Positions 40,835 through 55,993 are shown, counted from the first letter of the stretch. The stretch: DNA of 64,000 nt from Bigelowiella natans CCMP2755 (GCA_000320545.1 ADNK01001191.1:1-64000); one strand, 5' to 3'. Made by a program: numbers and translations. Notes: generated by a model not told the origin, from the sequence alone.

Positions 40835-43800
40835 CTTACAAATTTGGGTATAGGATTAGAACGATAATGCATTAATGTCTGCTCTTTCGAAAACTAACTA
40901 GAATAATCGTATCATCATTACAAATCTCATTACACATAGACTAGCTAGCACAAGTAGTTAAGTAGTAGGCAACCGTGAACGCTGCTTTCTTGTCTTCAAC
41001 CATGGTGATTTTACCTATCGAGGAGGGTGGATATGTGCATACGTAAAATCATCCACATTTATCACACCACGCCGCACAAATGCACACTTAAATCAGAGAG
41101 GGAGAGAGAAAGAGGGGACCTTGTGCGATGAAAGCAGCGACGAGATCCTTTGTGTGAGCAGCAGCCAATCCCGTCGGACACCCTCCCACAGGAATAGGCT
41201 CATTTCCAAATGCTTTGCCCTTTATTGATGTTGGTAGGAGAGATTATAATTTATGATAGGATAGATAAGAGGAAAGAAAAGAAAGATACAAGCTTCATCA
41301 TCGACAATCATTGTTTTGCTGGGTATTTTTGACTACGACAACGACGAGGCAGGACGAGGCCCATATTTTGCTGCACTGGCGCCATCGTGATGCTTTTGGT
41401 CTACCTTTGGGTCAGTGAGTCTCAAGCTGTCGTCCAGACCCACAGTAGCAATGAGGCCACTCTTCAAAGTTGCAATGCCCGAAACATTCTGATGGAAGGT
41501 TGATAGATAGCAACACAACACTCTTTATTCCAAAATAGTTGAGCTAGAGGAGACTGCAAGAAATAGAGATCGAAGGCGCCAGTGAGCTTTCTCTTCAAGA
41601 GCATAGCACGCGAGCAGGCAAAACAACTAAAGTTCCGAACCTTTTCCTTGTGGCCATCGCCCTCGAACCATTCGCTATCACCAGTCTTAAGGTCCCTGTA
41701 TGCATGAATGTGCCGCCAGCAGCGATGCGATTTGTATTGTTAGTGCACTTAATCTCTCAACATAGTTATAGTAGTAACTTGTGGTAGAAGTAGTCATAGC
41801 TAATCCTAGCTCTAACCCCAATAGTAGATGTAGTAGGAGTGTAGTAGAGGTGAGAGTCAATACCATTTTGTGAGTTTACTGGCAGAATCAGTGGATATGA
41901 GAGTCCCTATCATTTCGAGTAGGGGGAGAAGGGGGAGGAGGGGGAGGGGGAGGAGGAGGAAAAACAGAAAAGCCAGCATCAACTTTAAGTCCCATCCGCG
42001 CCACATAATATCAATCCACCCTAGTACTACTAACTCTATCGTGTCTCTCTAGCAACCGTACCCTCAGAAAGCGTCATGCCAGAGATCTTCGCACGATGCC
42101 CGCAGATCCTGTAACAAAAAGCTGCAATATCAGATTTTTGAAGACAGCCCTCCTCCCGAGCTCCGCATACATAAAAAATTGCAAATATGCTAATATATTG
42201 CCTCTTGGTGGGTTTTTCTGATTCGAAATCCCAAAGGGTCATAGATCCGTTGAGTGATACAGAGAGGAAGAACTTCTCCAGCCAGACGATACCAACCTTC
42301 AGCAGCACATAGAAGTAGTGAGAGGTGGAACTATGGTGGTGGTGGGTGGTGGTGGGTGGTGGTGATGATGGCGGGGAGGGCTTGGAAAAATCGCACCTGG
42401 AAGAACTCATGGGATTTCTCGCCAGCGACGAAAGTCTTGACAACGTTCTTGGTCTCCACATCCCACACTTTCACAGTTTTGTCTGAAGATCCCGTGGCAA
42501 GCATCTGCCACCGAAGAGTTCAATTCAAAATTTAAACATTGAATCACGACTGCGCATAACGAAATCCTAGCCCCTAATCAGCATCTCTGATTCTGACCAA
42601 GTTTATATGCATGTAGATAACAATATTTGATGCGTGGAAAAGTAAGCATTCACATTTGTGATGCCGTTTCCATATTCATTCTAAATCTCATCAACATCTC
42701 CCACCATCTCCGGTCCGTTACAATACCTACCTTGCTGTCTGGGGACCATACCATACTGTAGATCGCGCTACCTTTGTGGCCCTTCTTCTTTCCTAACCAA
42801 AGCCACCAAATGATGAGACACAAATAAACCAGTTGCTGCGAAATCCTTCACTCACCCCCCATCTTCTTCACTGGCTCTGAAGGTTTCTTGCCGTCATATA
42901 CGAAGATCTATGATGCAAAACAACGGTACAGAAATCAGATATCACGCATACTCTGTTAAGTTTGCTATGCCTCTCCTAACTGGGGCCGAAAATGAGAAGA
43001 AACAAAGACTTCAGAAGTATCTTACGGCCCTTTTCATTTCCATCATATTCTTATTCTTATTTTTCTTCCTAAAGTCGCCTGGGTGATCTATCGAATAGCA
43101 TCAGCACGCACAGGACTGTGTTTTTTTACCTTGGAGTCGGCTCCAGCAGTTGCAAGCATGGTGCTATCGGGAGAATACCTAATGAAGAAAAACAAGTTTA
43201 TATTTATCACAATTTCGAAACGTTTTCAATTCGTGACAAAAAAAGGATCCAGCGTCACCATGTTAGAAAAAGAAATGAAGATCACCCCCGCAGACTACAC
43301 ATGCAAAACTTACTTGACACTGTTGCAGTATTTGATATGATCCTCTCCCTCAAAATCAAGGTTTTGCTTAACCTAGCAATTTAATCAAAGCAAGGAGATA
43401 AGTTTCAAACTAGGATAAGTACACCCGGCATAAGCATGTAGTCATCAGTAGTGCTCTGTGAGAGTCGGTATTACCGGCACGTTATCATACACGGCAACGC
43501 AAAGATCTTCCCCGGAGGTAGCTAGGCGAAAAGGACGCTTTCCGTTCCTGTATTGTAGTCCGAATAGCGTTCAGTAGAGCACTTAAAAAATCCCGTTAAT
43601 GTTTATTAATAGGTGCGCGTTATGGTATGCGTGTAAGGATGTGTTTTTGTGTTGGCGCGGTTTACCAGTCGCAGGAGATGATCTGGGCGGTGTGGCCCTC
43701 AACTTTGCCGCAACTGTTCCCAGAATCATACGGAAAGACCTTTGCGCGATTGGGGTTGCCGTCCCCAGCGGCACACACGCGTTTGCTGTCGAAAGACCAG

Positions 43801-44646
43801 CATATGCAGTTTACCTAAAGGTAATAAAGAAATGAGTCAGAGAAACGCTCAGCTATGGCATCAGAGGCATATCTATTGGACTTTACTAAATAATACACCT
43901 TTCGGCAAGCCTTTAGTTCGTTTTTGGTGATATCTGGACGATTGATATGCCACACGTAAACCTGATTGGATGCAGCATCTTTTCAGGGCAAAGTTGGTCT
44001 TTAACTACAACCCTAATGAAATTGGACCATTCACATACCTGTCCCATTTCATCCCCAGTGGCAACCCAATTGCCGTTCGGAGAAATTGTCGCAGCATTCA
44101 CCTTGTAGAGGTGCTTGGTGAAGATTGTGACCTTATTGTCCTGAGCGAAAAGAACGAATCAGTTGTTGGCAAATGCCGAATTGTCATCTATCTGCGCTGT
44201 GTATCAGACGTATGTAATAGAATATTATTCCATATGCATGGTTTTGCATTCAGTAAGCTGTGGTTAAGTGCGGAGAGTTATCAAAAACTAGAGTTAGAGA
44301 ACAACCACTAGGCTTCGAATGAATACGAATCGGCCATTGCAATAGGCTATTTGATTATTCTTTGAGCCATTGATTTGAACTGAATATCCACGCTTAGTCT
44401 CGGGAAGAGGGGGTAGGATGATCACTGTTGCATATAGTCATACAAATACATTGAGGAACTGATTCGCAACTGCAAATCGCAAATGCGAATCACGACGAAT
44501 CGCATCTCCACTAGATTTAATTGTTAGATTCTCTCGAAAATTTATCTACGGAGATAGAAAGCTGCAGTTAAGATGAGCACGTAAAGAAAAAAATGGAAAT
44601 GGATACGAAGAGACGGACCAGGGGCCTTAGGTTCTTCTTCAGTCAT
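39018..44646 (-). CDS. WDR1: WD40-repeat actin-interacting protein 1 (AIP1/WDR1), many exons
   Basis: Exons give PTPLPETKRGYSVQING..IAYCNGRFVFIRSL, NAATISPNGNWVATGDEMGQ, NCICWSFDSKRVCAAGDG, KRPFRLATSGED, RYSPDSTMLATAGADSK, GHKGSAIYSMVWSPDSK, MLATGSSDKTVKVWDV, ending ITTGGDNCIKTWKI*. The PLPxTxRG and RPFRLAT motifs are typical of AIP1. Confidence 0.9.
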
Positions 44647-45324
44647 CGTTCCTCTGAGCTGGTTAACTTGAGATTTCAGATATATTTTGATACAGATTCT
44701 AATCCTTATCAATGAAAATTAGATGAAGCTCGGCAGAATTTATCAAATTTCGTGGTGAATGCACAAAAACTGGTGTAGTTAGGATACCCAAAAGGCTCGC
44801 TTGTACGCTCCCTAGATCGAAATATCTTGTTCATCCGCCTGGCCATCAGAGAAAGGACGTACGACAACACAGTTCAAGAATAAATGGAAAGAAATGGCAT
44901 GAATTCATTGGCAAAAGGCTACACCCGGATCCAGGCCAAAATCTGTGCGCGTGTCGAAGATCCGTTAAAAAATCTAAGAGACAGCATGCTGAGCAAAAAC
45001 TGATATGAGAACTAATAGTAGATATAAATGCAGTACCATTTTTCTTTGCCAGAGGCATTGATCAACAAAATGCAGGTAATTACGAGGGATGTCCATTTTA
45101 TCTCTTCGGAAAGATAAGTTTGTCATCCAGTTTAATAATTCTTGTCATTTATTTATATTATGTGAGCTGATTTACACAAGGCAAGTTCCTTGAAGTTTCC
45201 ACGAACAATTTCCAATTCACTGTCTCTCCCCCTCCGATCGATGATCGGAGATGTAGCTTTAGGTCGCCCCTGCACTCTGTTTTAGTTTTGAATAGATAGT
45301 GATCCTATTAATAAATACTTTACA

Positions 45325-46946
45325 AAGCATGTTGAGAGTCAACTGGTGCGTCACAGCAATTAAATTTGTTCGTGATTCCTGCAGGCCCCAGGAAGAAGGA
45401 CGAGGAGGTTCAAGAGGACGGGTTAGGTTTAGCACAACCAGCAGACGAAAAACCTCTAATCAGAAAGTACATTGTTTTTTGTGCATCCTATTGGAAGATC
45501 ACTGCGTCAACGAAGTCAATAACAGATGCGAGACGCTGAGTACGTCGAAGAATTTCAGCGGACTTTTCGATGCGGCTGAAGAACTGATTCAGGGAGCCAG
45601 TGCGAAATTTGACGGTATGTGATGGATACTAATCCTCAAAAACTAAAACGGCTGACCTATCCTCCTTTTTTTGATTACAGGAAGATCAGCCCCGCCCCTC
45701 CCACAGAGCTCTGCCTATGCTGCGGACCCATGCCTTATATTTGCTTGGGGGTGCTACTACAAAGGTTAGCTAAGTCAGTCTCCCTCCATCCAGTAGGCTT
45801 GTATGAGGAAGCCAGAAAGGAATTACTTTGAGGAAGCGGGGAAATGCGATGTTGAAAAAAGTCATGATACATTGTATTCTGTGTGCGATATAGCTAAAGA
45901 TGCTGAACGTCTGGTGTTGTCCCTACCTGAACATGCAAAATAGCGAAGGCATTGGCCAAATTGAGGCAAATTCCCGTCGAAATGATGGCGAAATTCAATG
46001 GAATGTCTCGGCGAAGCGCGTGCGTTGAGATTTTAAAAGCCGGTATTGCGCGTTTAACATTGGGAAAAGACACAGAAGTGAAAAAAGGGAACAAGGTGGA
46101 TAAAATTCAAGTTCCTCACAGCATACATACATATTCTATATCGATCTACCTTCAATTCAATTAAATATTGTACTGTCCTCTCACGGTGTAAGTGTGTTTG
46201 TGTAGAGTATTTTTTTTAAGTCTGAAAGTTAACTTTTCCTTTGCTTTACAGCGTGACACAGCTTCGTCATCCTCGCGAGATCAGCTTCTACGACGCATGA
46301 ACACTGCACTCAAGAGAGTGCGATCACGATCGAACTCCAGTAAATATGCCAGCTTCAAATTTGGATCACCACCACATATCGAAAGAATTCTAATCTTACT
46401 CGTGTTTCTTCTTAGAAACTCAAAAATCCAAGCTTCCTCATACCTTCACACTTTACATATTTTCACGAATCCGAGCAGTCATGCCATAAAACACTGCATA
46501 TGGCAGGATCGAAGAAGACCGACAAAGAGATTATGAAATCCGACAAGAAAGAACTGAAGGGAGAGGTGTCTCCTCCACCTGCCCGGAAGCTCCTCGGAAA
46601 GTTTCCGTCGATACCGCACTTAGATTTCTCTCCACAGGTAGCTTGAAGCATATTATTACATTTTGAGAAAGGCATATGCGACGATGGCGTTGTGTATGAC
46701 AAAGACGACAAGCTTGGTTGTGACACGCGCAAATCACCTGAAATCTTCTTTAATCTGATGGAAAAAGTCGGGGTTTAGAGAAACAGAAAAATGAATATGT
46801 AAGTTGTGATATTTGTATTGGTCACTTCAAAGGTCCATAGCGACGACATTCAGCTAGATGCGAATCTATCCAAAATGTTCTTGGGAGTCCCGGTACTTTA
46901 CTAGTTTCATAGGGATGTCAAGTATTTTTAGCACATCCACACACAT

Positions 46947-46994
<48 letters not shown>

Positions 46995-48689
46995 GGACAT
47001 TCACGCATAATATTCACGTGGCTGTGCCCATGTAGTCAATACATTAACGATTTAGTTCATGAGTGGATTTTGTTCCCTAGGTGGTTGTGACCGAGAAGCT
47101 AGATGGTGGAAACTGTTGTTTGCGGGACGGGAACGTGTACGCACGGACGCATAAAAAACCGACCAGTCACGAGTCGTTCAGCTGGATTAAGCAAATGTAA
47201 TGCTGCCAGTGTTGCGGTGCAGGCATTGCAACAACGATGACGGCAACAACAACAACAACAAAACAAATATGCGGACCCCACCGTGGTCTCTCCATCCACA
47301 CTGATTATGCGGCCTCGTTTGCTGAACATACGTTTGCAGGTATGCAGGAAAGAAGGCCAGCATGGATCCGAAACTCTCATTCTTTGGCGAAAACCTTTAC
47401 GCGGTTCAGACTATTTTTCTCGTAGAATGATTCAACATCTTAAAAAAACAACAACTCATTCGGAGTCAAATTTTGAATGCACGGAATCATACACTATTGG
47501 TATCTTATTTGATGGATACAGCAAGAACAACAACGACAAAAATAAACCAGGACTGTGATTTAGTGGATGGGAAGTTTCTCCCGATAGAATGATAATGATA
47601 GCATACGTTAGTGTTCATTCACACTTAAGGATTGAACATGGTGTTTACGTTGATGTGAATAATAGGCGCACAGTATAAGATATAATCGGCTAGAATCTTA
47701 CTTCTACTTGTTTGCCGTGCGAGGTTGTTGCCGTGTTAAGTGCATTTCATCCACTCTTATACACACGTACACACGCATCTGTAGAATATTTGTGTGCTGT
47801 AATGTGTCTATGTGCATATTGTTCTTATGACGAAAACGGTGCGGTTCGTGGTTTTGCTGCGACCCATTGTTAGAAGAGGACGGAAATTGGAAATCATGGA
47901 AAGATGTGGAGCAGATAGCAGAAGAACTTGAGCTTCCAACCACACCGGTGGTGTTTAAGGTATATGCAACACAAATCATGCACCAACAAAACTCCAGGAG
48001 CGAATGCATGCTACTGACAAATTGATGCTGATGAGTCGAACACACGCGTGCATATTATGTACGACTAGGATGTCTCTTCATCGTATAGTTACATATCATA
48101 CATTCTGTTCAATATACATCTGGAATAAACACCAATTCAGGGCGAATTCAAGGAAATGAGCGAGATAAAGAAGCTCATGGATAGTAAGGCAAAAGAGCGA
48201 TCGCACGTTGATGAAGCCCACACTCCAGGTAACTTCTTCTAAAACCACTTCTCACAGTGAGATCCTGCGTAGATGTGTTTTATCTTATCATGCTTTGCAA
48301 AATCCATGTGTATCAGAGGGATTTGTGATACGACTTGCACGAGGTTATAGTGACGAGGAGTTCGCTGAAGGAACTTCGATTGCAAAGTAGGGGAACATTC
48401 TAAAGTTTCATTTTATTCGGAAAATTTGTGTAAAATTTGCGATAACATTCAAAGATATGTAAGGAAAGGCCATTGTCAAACGGATGAAAAATGGGGTAAT
48501 TCATGTGGAAAAGTGGTGATGATTTGAATTTGTTGCTTTAGCTTGTAAGCACGCAGCTTTTATGGGACTATTCTTCTCCCACAATTCTTACTGTTGTCGA
48601 ATTCTGGGACTGTGAATTGTTTACGTGTGGGCTTTGTTTGTGTAGGTCGAACATGGACGCAAAATCCTCCTTTAGTATCAAACATCTAG
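45325..48689 (+). CDS. ATP-dependent RNA ligase (PF09414-type nucleotidyltransferase) with unassigned N-terminal extension; true start probably further upstream (~44880-45320)
   Basis: Spliced C-terminal part: KFPSIPHLDFSPQ|VHSDDIQL..FLGVP|VVVTEKLDGGNCCL..VYARTH..|..FFGENLYA|AHSIRYNRLESYFYLFAVR|EEDGNWKSWKDVEQIAEELELPTTPVVFK|G...P|EGFVIRLA...IAK|YVRKGHCQTDEKW|GRTWTQNPPLVSNI*. Motifs I (KLDG), III (FGE), IIIa (YLFAV), IV (EGFVIR) and V (K) are all present. Confidence 0.88.
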
Positions 48690-48699
48690 TAGCTAGCTT

Positions 48700-49700
48700 G
48701 CTAGTGCAAGTGACTTGAAATTAGAGACAGTGATGAAATGATTGCCCATCTTCCATGTGTTCATATGCGACGCATGCTAGCATGCTTGAAGGCTACAGAC
48801 ACGATTCACCAAAAATAATTTTCATGACTTTCCCTCTAGTGAAAATTTTCATTTGATTGTTGTGAGCTCGCAAAAACAATTTTGGTTCCGTCTAGCCGTG
48901 CTACGTGACGCGCAGTCGGCATGCTAGCGTGCATGCGCGGTGCTTGAAATCTCGCTAAATGACCCTTCGAGCATGCCTCTGATGCTCTGATGTGCCTCTC
49001 ATAGCGCGACAATTCACATTTGCGTGCATCGGCTGACTCTGCTGTGCTGCTGCTGCATGCAATGGCTTCGCGCTGCTGGCGCAACAAACCCACTAGCCCA
49101 CCCCACATTTCATTTCCTTGCATGCCATCGGCCGCAGCTAGCGCAGCAAAAATTGCGAAAATGAGATGCATGAATGTTTGCCCACTGACGATGACTTGCT
49201 GCTGAACCAAATTGCTAGAATGACACGATGAAAATCCTAGGCACATCAATGAACAATGAACAATGATGATGAACTGCATTTCCAAAATGTTGCAAGACAT
49301 TTGCAGAGTGCGAAACGCAGTGCCTCGAACTAGCTTTGGTGAGCACATCACATGTCTTTTGTGAAAACAATCTTTGTTGAAAATGACGTGGCAAAAATCC
49401 ACAGCAGAGCATCGCGCCATGCCACACTAGCAGTGTGCGCCTCACGTGTGAAGGTCTTCACACAGAGACAATGAACAATGAACAATGAAGAAAGCGTTGA
49501 TCAAAACTACATGCGCCAGAACCACATGGGAGACAGGCATTTGCACGCAGCAGAGCCTCAACAACACTCGTTGCAAGGACTTGTCAGCACCCTGTTGGTG
49601 ATGAGACACAAAAAAAAATCAGCTGCAACCCATCAGAGGCACTCTCCAAGGCTGCGTGAAGGGATGAGGACACCATGGCCACTCATCTGAAGTGCCGGAG
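48700..49700. repeat. TpA-poor island with the second copy of the dispersed repeat
   Basis: 49099-49411 is homologous to 8984-9202; most remaining TA dinucleotides lie in CTAG. Confidence 0.7.
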
Positions 49701-49934
49701 ACACGGAGACTCTCCCTGCGGCGAATCCCCGGAGAGAGCATCATTGCCCGATAGTTTCCTAGTGTCCGAAGATTAGCATTTATCCAATTAGGAAGTTTTT
49801 ATACGACATATCATCTATTTTTAGATGAAAATTTTATTCGTACTCTCATGAGAAAACTAGAATGCTTTCAGAAAATTCACTCTTACCTACAGTAGATATC
49901 TTCCGTGTGAAATATAATCAGAATATTACGGACG

Positions 49935-50534
49935 ATGGTGGACGGTCGCTCCGACCCGAGAGGGAGCTTTTCCTCCTCCTTCTCGATTCTGCTTGCGCTC
50001 ATGGCGCTGTTCAGTGCTGCCTCCGCCTACTTTACGTATCTCAACTTCGAAAAGGTCTGTACCTTTGCTGGACACGTGCTCTGCTTCTGTTGCCATGATT
50101 ATTTGTGTTTATTGGAGTTCGATTCGCATGTAATTGCGGATCTTACTTATAGCATTCTTCCCTTCACTTCCCGACTTAATCCCAACTGCTCACTCATAGG
50201 CCTTTCCCGTCGTTTCATTGGAGCTGAAAGCCGATCGTTCCTTGGTTTTGGCCAAAGCGAAAGCTCTCCGAGGGATGCTGAACGATACCATGATCATTGG
50301 TGCGCAAGCCCTCGGTGTAACCACGCACGAGGCTGCCGCCTTCCGATCTTCCCCATCTGTTCAGCATTTCGTGGAGCTAGAGGGAGGAGGGAATGCGGCG
50401 TTTGCCGCACTGATACGCCGCGGTCGATATCAACCGTTCTTCTGGGAGGTGCGGCACTACCAAGAAGGCACCACAAGCGAAACGCGCTTCTTCTTCGACC
50501 CGAGCGGGGAATGTATTGGTAATCGCACGCGCGT

Positions 50535-50598
<64 letters not shown>

Positions 50599-50647
50599 AC
50601 ACGCGCGCGCGCGCTAACTTGTTTCCTTCATTGTATTTTGAATGTGT

Positions 50648-50682
<35 letters not shown>

Positions 50683-51106
50683 TTGAATTTCTCCTGCTGC
50701 ACAGGGTTTCACACTAAGATGCCCGAGGAGGAGGACCCAGATTACCCTGACCCCCCCCTTCCTGAGGGTAGTAGCAGGCCTGAACAAGACAAGTCGCTGA
50801 CGCAGGAAGCAGTGAGAAAGCTGGCAGAGCAAGCCGGAGCTGCTGGACCGTGGAAACTTCCTTTGTCGGCTGATGAAGGAGTGTTTAAGATCGTCGAGGA
50901 ATCAAAGGAAGTGCAGCCAGGGGGCAGAGTCGATCATACCGTCGTTTATCAAGCTGTTGATGAACATGCTCTGATAACGGGGAAGGATGAGCGCGAGGGG
51001 GATACGGGGAGGAAGGAAGATGGGATGCTCGAGCTTGGAGAAGGCAGAATAGAGGTAGGGTGGTTACGCCTATTCAGATAGGGTAACAAAATGGGTGGGT
51101 GCCGGC

Positions 51107-51142
<36 letters not shown>

Positions 51143-51513
51143 TTAGAATAGTATAGATCAGCTTACCTCTTTGTTTCAAACAGGTATCCGTGACGGTATC
51201 TGGGTCGCGTGTGTCGTCAGTGCTGCAGGGGTTTAAGGTGCCTCAGGCTTTCGAGAGGAGATATCGAGGTATGCGCAGCCTCAACACCGCATTAGCGCAG
51301 GTAAAGAGAAAATACGATCCACAAATCAACATTCGCTCATGCTGCATTCTATTTACAAACAACTACCTTGCTGCAGTGATTTCTGCCGTCGCTGTATGGC
51401 AAAAATTCAAATTTTCACCAAGCAATCTTGCTGTGTGGAGAAGACACAGCGCAAATTCAACATTGCCGTGCAACACGTCTCTTCCTGGCAGCGCACTAGC
51501 ATACAGCAACCAC

Positions 51514-51554
<41 letters not shown>

Positions 51555-52277
51555 TCATATAGCATGCATAATCTCAATAATATTTAGGCGGCATGGATCG
51601 GTATTGTATGTCTCTACGGGGTCGGCATCGTTGTAGCGATATTTCGCCTTCTTCGCTGGAAGCGTCTAGCCGCTGCCCCCTCCCTCATCGCCGCAGCATT
51701 CGTGGCGCTGCTCATGGGAGCAGCAGCAGCCAATGGCTACCCGGCAATGTGGATGGACTACGACACGGCAGTCTCTCTCCCGGCCGCGCGCACACAGTTC
51801 ATCGCACTGGCGGTGATTTCCGTTGGGTTTTACTTCATCATCGTTTGGACTACGCTCATGGCGGCAGAGGGGCTGGGTCGAGTTACAGCTGCCTATGGCG
51901 CACACGTGCAGCTGTGGACGCATTTCGCTGGGCCGCCACCGGCAGCAGCAGCAGCAGCAACGACGGATAACAGCAAATCGTCATCGTTTTTCCCGATGTT
52001 GCAGGGCCCCTTAGCATCGAATGCGGTGCTGTTGGATGTTTTGGTTGGGTATCTCCTCGTCCCGGTGATGTTTGCGTATGAGGTTAGCTTTTACTTCATG
52101 AACCAGCGCTACTTTGGATGGTGGACGCCTTCCGCGCCCGTCGTCAACCCCAACATCGCCGCAGAGTGCGTGAGAGCCGCAGCCTCGCATGCTGTGCTGG
52201 CGCTTGTGCTCTGTCTTTAATTGTTGCAACGACCTGCACCTAGCTCAGTCGTCACGATTAATATGGAATTATGAATG

Positions 52278-52320
<43 letters not shown>

Positions 52321-53190
52321 TATATTGACTGTAAGGTATCTGCCCTGGCTATCTCCAGTTGCGATGTCTCTGTTCGCTGGCTTCTGGGAGGAGGCATTGT
52401 TTCGCGCCCTTCCCATCGCGGGTGTGCGGTGCTGGTTGTCGTCGTCGTCGTCGTCGTCGCCAAATGCAGGAGCGGCAGAAGGGAATCAAGCGCCCCAACC
52501 ATCGTCCCGGTGGTGTTCCTGGGTAGCATTAAGTTCGGTGATGATGCTGCAGGCTGTGATCTTTGGCGCAGGGCATGCAAACTACCCTGCCCAGCCTTGC
52601 TACGCGCGGCTGGCGGAGCTTATCCTGCCGTCGATCCTGTTCGGTCTGCTCTATGACTATAGAGGGTATTACTATGCGGCAGAGGCCTGATAGATACATC
52701 GCAGTAGTCGTAGTAGTAGTAGTCGTAATAGTAGGTAGTAGCAGTAGCGGGGTAGTAATAGGCTAGAAGTAATAGTAGTAGCACCATCGATTCTCATATA
52801 GTGGTAGTGCTTGCAGCTTCGATGTAGTTACTAATATTGTCGGTGGGGGCAGAAGTGCGATTGCTGGAGTGCTAGCGATGGGAGGAGCCATACTCGCCAC
52901 CAGACACGAACATGTCGCGCATTTTTGTTCTTAGCGCTCCCTCTCTCCCTCCCTCCCTCCCTCACTCCTTCCCACACGTTGTTACTTCGGTCGTCAGGCT
53001 GGTCCCAGGGGTCGTGATGCACGTGGTGTACGACTTGGTGTGGATGTCTTTGCCCGTGTTCGTCTCTAACCACCGAGGAGCTACCTTGGACCGGTTTTTG
53101 ATTCTCTTCATCGGTGCTCTGCCGTTGATTCTGACTCTGGTAGCACGGCTCGCCTTTTCTCGCGACGGTACGGTTGTAGTAATAGTAGTG

Positions 53191-53221
<31 letters not shown>

Positions 53222-54303
53222 GATTGCGTAGCTTTGTATAAGCCGCGCAAAGAAAACCACCAAAAAGGCCGCACGCTCAACCTAACTCCGACCTCCTCCT
53301 CCTCCTCCTCCTCCTCCTCCTCCTCCCTCTCCTCCTCCTCCCTCCCAATTGATGATGATGCGCAGGAGGAGCAGAGCCCTTGGCCAGATGCCTGAATCGA
53401 GACGATTTCCATGCTGCTGCTGCTGCTGCTGCTGCTTCCGATGGGGAGAAGAAGGAGAAGAAAGGGGGCCCTGGCTCTGATAACGCGATGTCAGAAGAGC
53501 AAGAACGCCTGCCAAACGCTCCCGCTTTTCTTGGAAGTTTCGCCGTGTTCGCGTTGCCCGTAGCGCTTGCGCTTTTCGTGGGGTCCGAGATCGGCGGTGA
53601 TGCTGGCAGTAGCATGTTTTCCCCTCATGTCGCAGCACCCATCATCCCGCACAGCCTGCGGCAAGTCGCGGAGTCTAGTAGCCAGGTGCTAGCAACGCGG
53701 CTAACCGCCCCCATTGCGATGTCGCTCGACAAAGCTATGTCGCTGGAACATCTGGTCGGTACACCCCATCGGCTGCAGACGGTCAGTTGTACGACACAAA
53801 AGAAGAAATAGATGATGAGGGGGGAAGGGCGAGAGGGAGAGCGCGAGAAAACCTCTATCTGCAGCAGTAAAAGCCGATCTTTTTCTGTCCCAACTTGACC
53901 CGTCGTGTTTTCCCCTGCGTTTTGAAGTTCTCTGAGTCGCCATTCTATGTTATTGACACTTTCCGTCGTGCTGCCCCACGTTCCTTCTCCTACCCCTCCT
54001 CCACGAAAAACAGATCGTGGAAAAACTGCGGGGGCTACAAAGCGAGCTGGACGACATTACCGCAGAGCGTGTTGCAATTGAGAACGCAGTGGCCGAAAAC
54101 CGTCCCAAAGCCCATGAAGAATCCTCTGCTGCTGCTGCTGCTGCTACTACTGCGGTAGCTCCTGGTGAATCAACAAGGCTAAGGAATCTTCAGATACGAC
54201 TGGAAGAGCGCATTGGTAACGGCTATTTGCCGATGTTGATCTTGATGATGAGAGGGGGGTGAATCAAGACGATTGTTCAAATTTTTGGGGTTCAGATGAT
54301 ATC

Positions 54304-54346
<43 letters not shown>

Positions 54347-54385
54347 ATATCATACTTATAAATTAGCCGTAACATCGACGTGTTT

Positions 54386-54425
<40 letters not shown>

Positions 54426-55478
54426 TTGTGCGCGCAAATCACACTGGGCATTTCTTGCAGCATCTCTTCGTGAAATAATCGAGAACGAGCCGACGTTATC
54501 CTCGGCAGCTACTGGCTCCCCCGCCTCCAAAGAAGAATTGGCTCGAGTCCTGGCCGAAATCGCAGCAAACTACACGCGGCTGCCCCTCCACATTCCTCCC
54601 AATCGCCAGACAATAGCAGATAATTATATCCAGGAAACGTTCCCAGAAATGGCCGCAAACCTCACACGCGACGGGTTTCTGCCACGGCCTGTCTGGAAAG
54701 TGCGCTTTGCACGCCTTGAGTTCGATTCGGTCGGTAAAATGCTGTGTTGCTTTAAGAGGGTTCTCTGCTGTGTGTAGCACGGGGGATAACGATTGTTTCT
54801 GCGTTCTTCGTGCGGAGTGAGTAACAATGCCGAGAGCAGATTTTCACAAGGAAGTTTGTTCGAATGCCGGAAACATTATAATATCTTTCATAAGTAGATT
54901 TTGACCCCTCAGATTTAACATCGCCCTTTCTTTTCCTTTTCTCTCCCTCGGCCCCCTCTCTTTTGCCCTCTCTATCGCTCTGTTTGTGTTGGTTTTATCC
55001 ACATCGCTCCCACCGCCAGACCTCTTCTTCTTCCTCTTCTTCTTCCTCTTCTCCTTCCTCTCCGACGACGACAACGATGACGAGAACCGCGAACAATCTG
55101 GAGGGGGAGGCGGTGGAAGACAGCAACAACTCCCCGTCATCATCATCTTCATCATCGTCATCGTCATCATCGTCGTCGTCTTCACATGCCGATAGCGACG
55201 AGAAGCACGTAGACAGCAGCGACGATATCAAAGCAGAGGAGTGGATGGTTGGCTTCCCCTCCGCCAAATCAAGGCCGTTCATCTCGCATACGTTGCCTGA
55301 GGGCCGTTTGGGACTCAATATCACGAAGAGCGAGGCGCGGGATTTCTTCCTCTCATATTCCCAAGCTGCTGGGATCATTCCTCCCGCTTCCTTGTCGCAG
55401 TCGTCGCCATCGCCATCATCACCATCATCCTCGTCATCACTTTTGTCTTCGGATGCACAGAAAGACAAAGAAGACGTT

Positions 55479-55515
<37 letters not shown>

Positions 55516-55869
55516 GTCCTACATGCCTGCGCCTCCGCGAGGTCGCTGCTGTCCCCGTTCAGCACCCAAAAAGAACGGATTGGCGGTTCGAGTTTGTGTG
55601 TGAAAGGGAGACGACTAAAGACGACGATCATGGTGGTGATGGTCATAACTACAAGCGTGGTGATAGCAAGGGCGGCGATGAGGAGGGAGGGAGTGGGAGC
55701 CTTGATCTACGAATAGAAGGTGTGGTGACCGGGCATGTTTCTGGCAAGTTGGAAGTTTTAGATGCCGGAAAGTTCGTGAAAGTGCCTGAGGACTGGCGCC
55801 GCGGCTTCCGAAACCGCACGCAAATGATCCGCGTCGTCAGCACAATTACGTACGAATGAATATACATCA

Positions 55870-55939
<70 letters not shown>

Positions 55940-55993
55940 TGCAATGGATTGCTAGATAGTAAGAAAACAAGGAACAGAGTACACAAATGGAAC

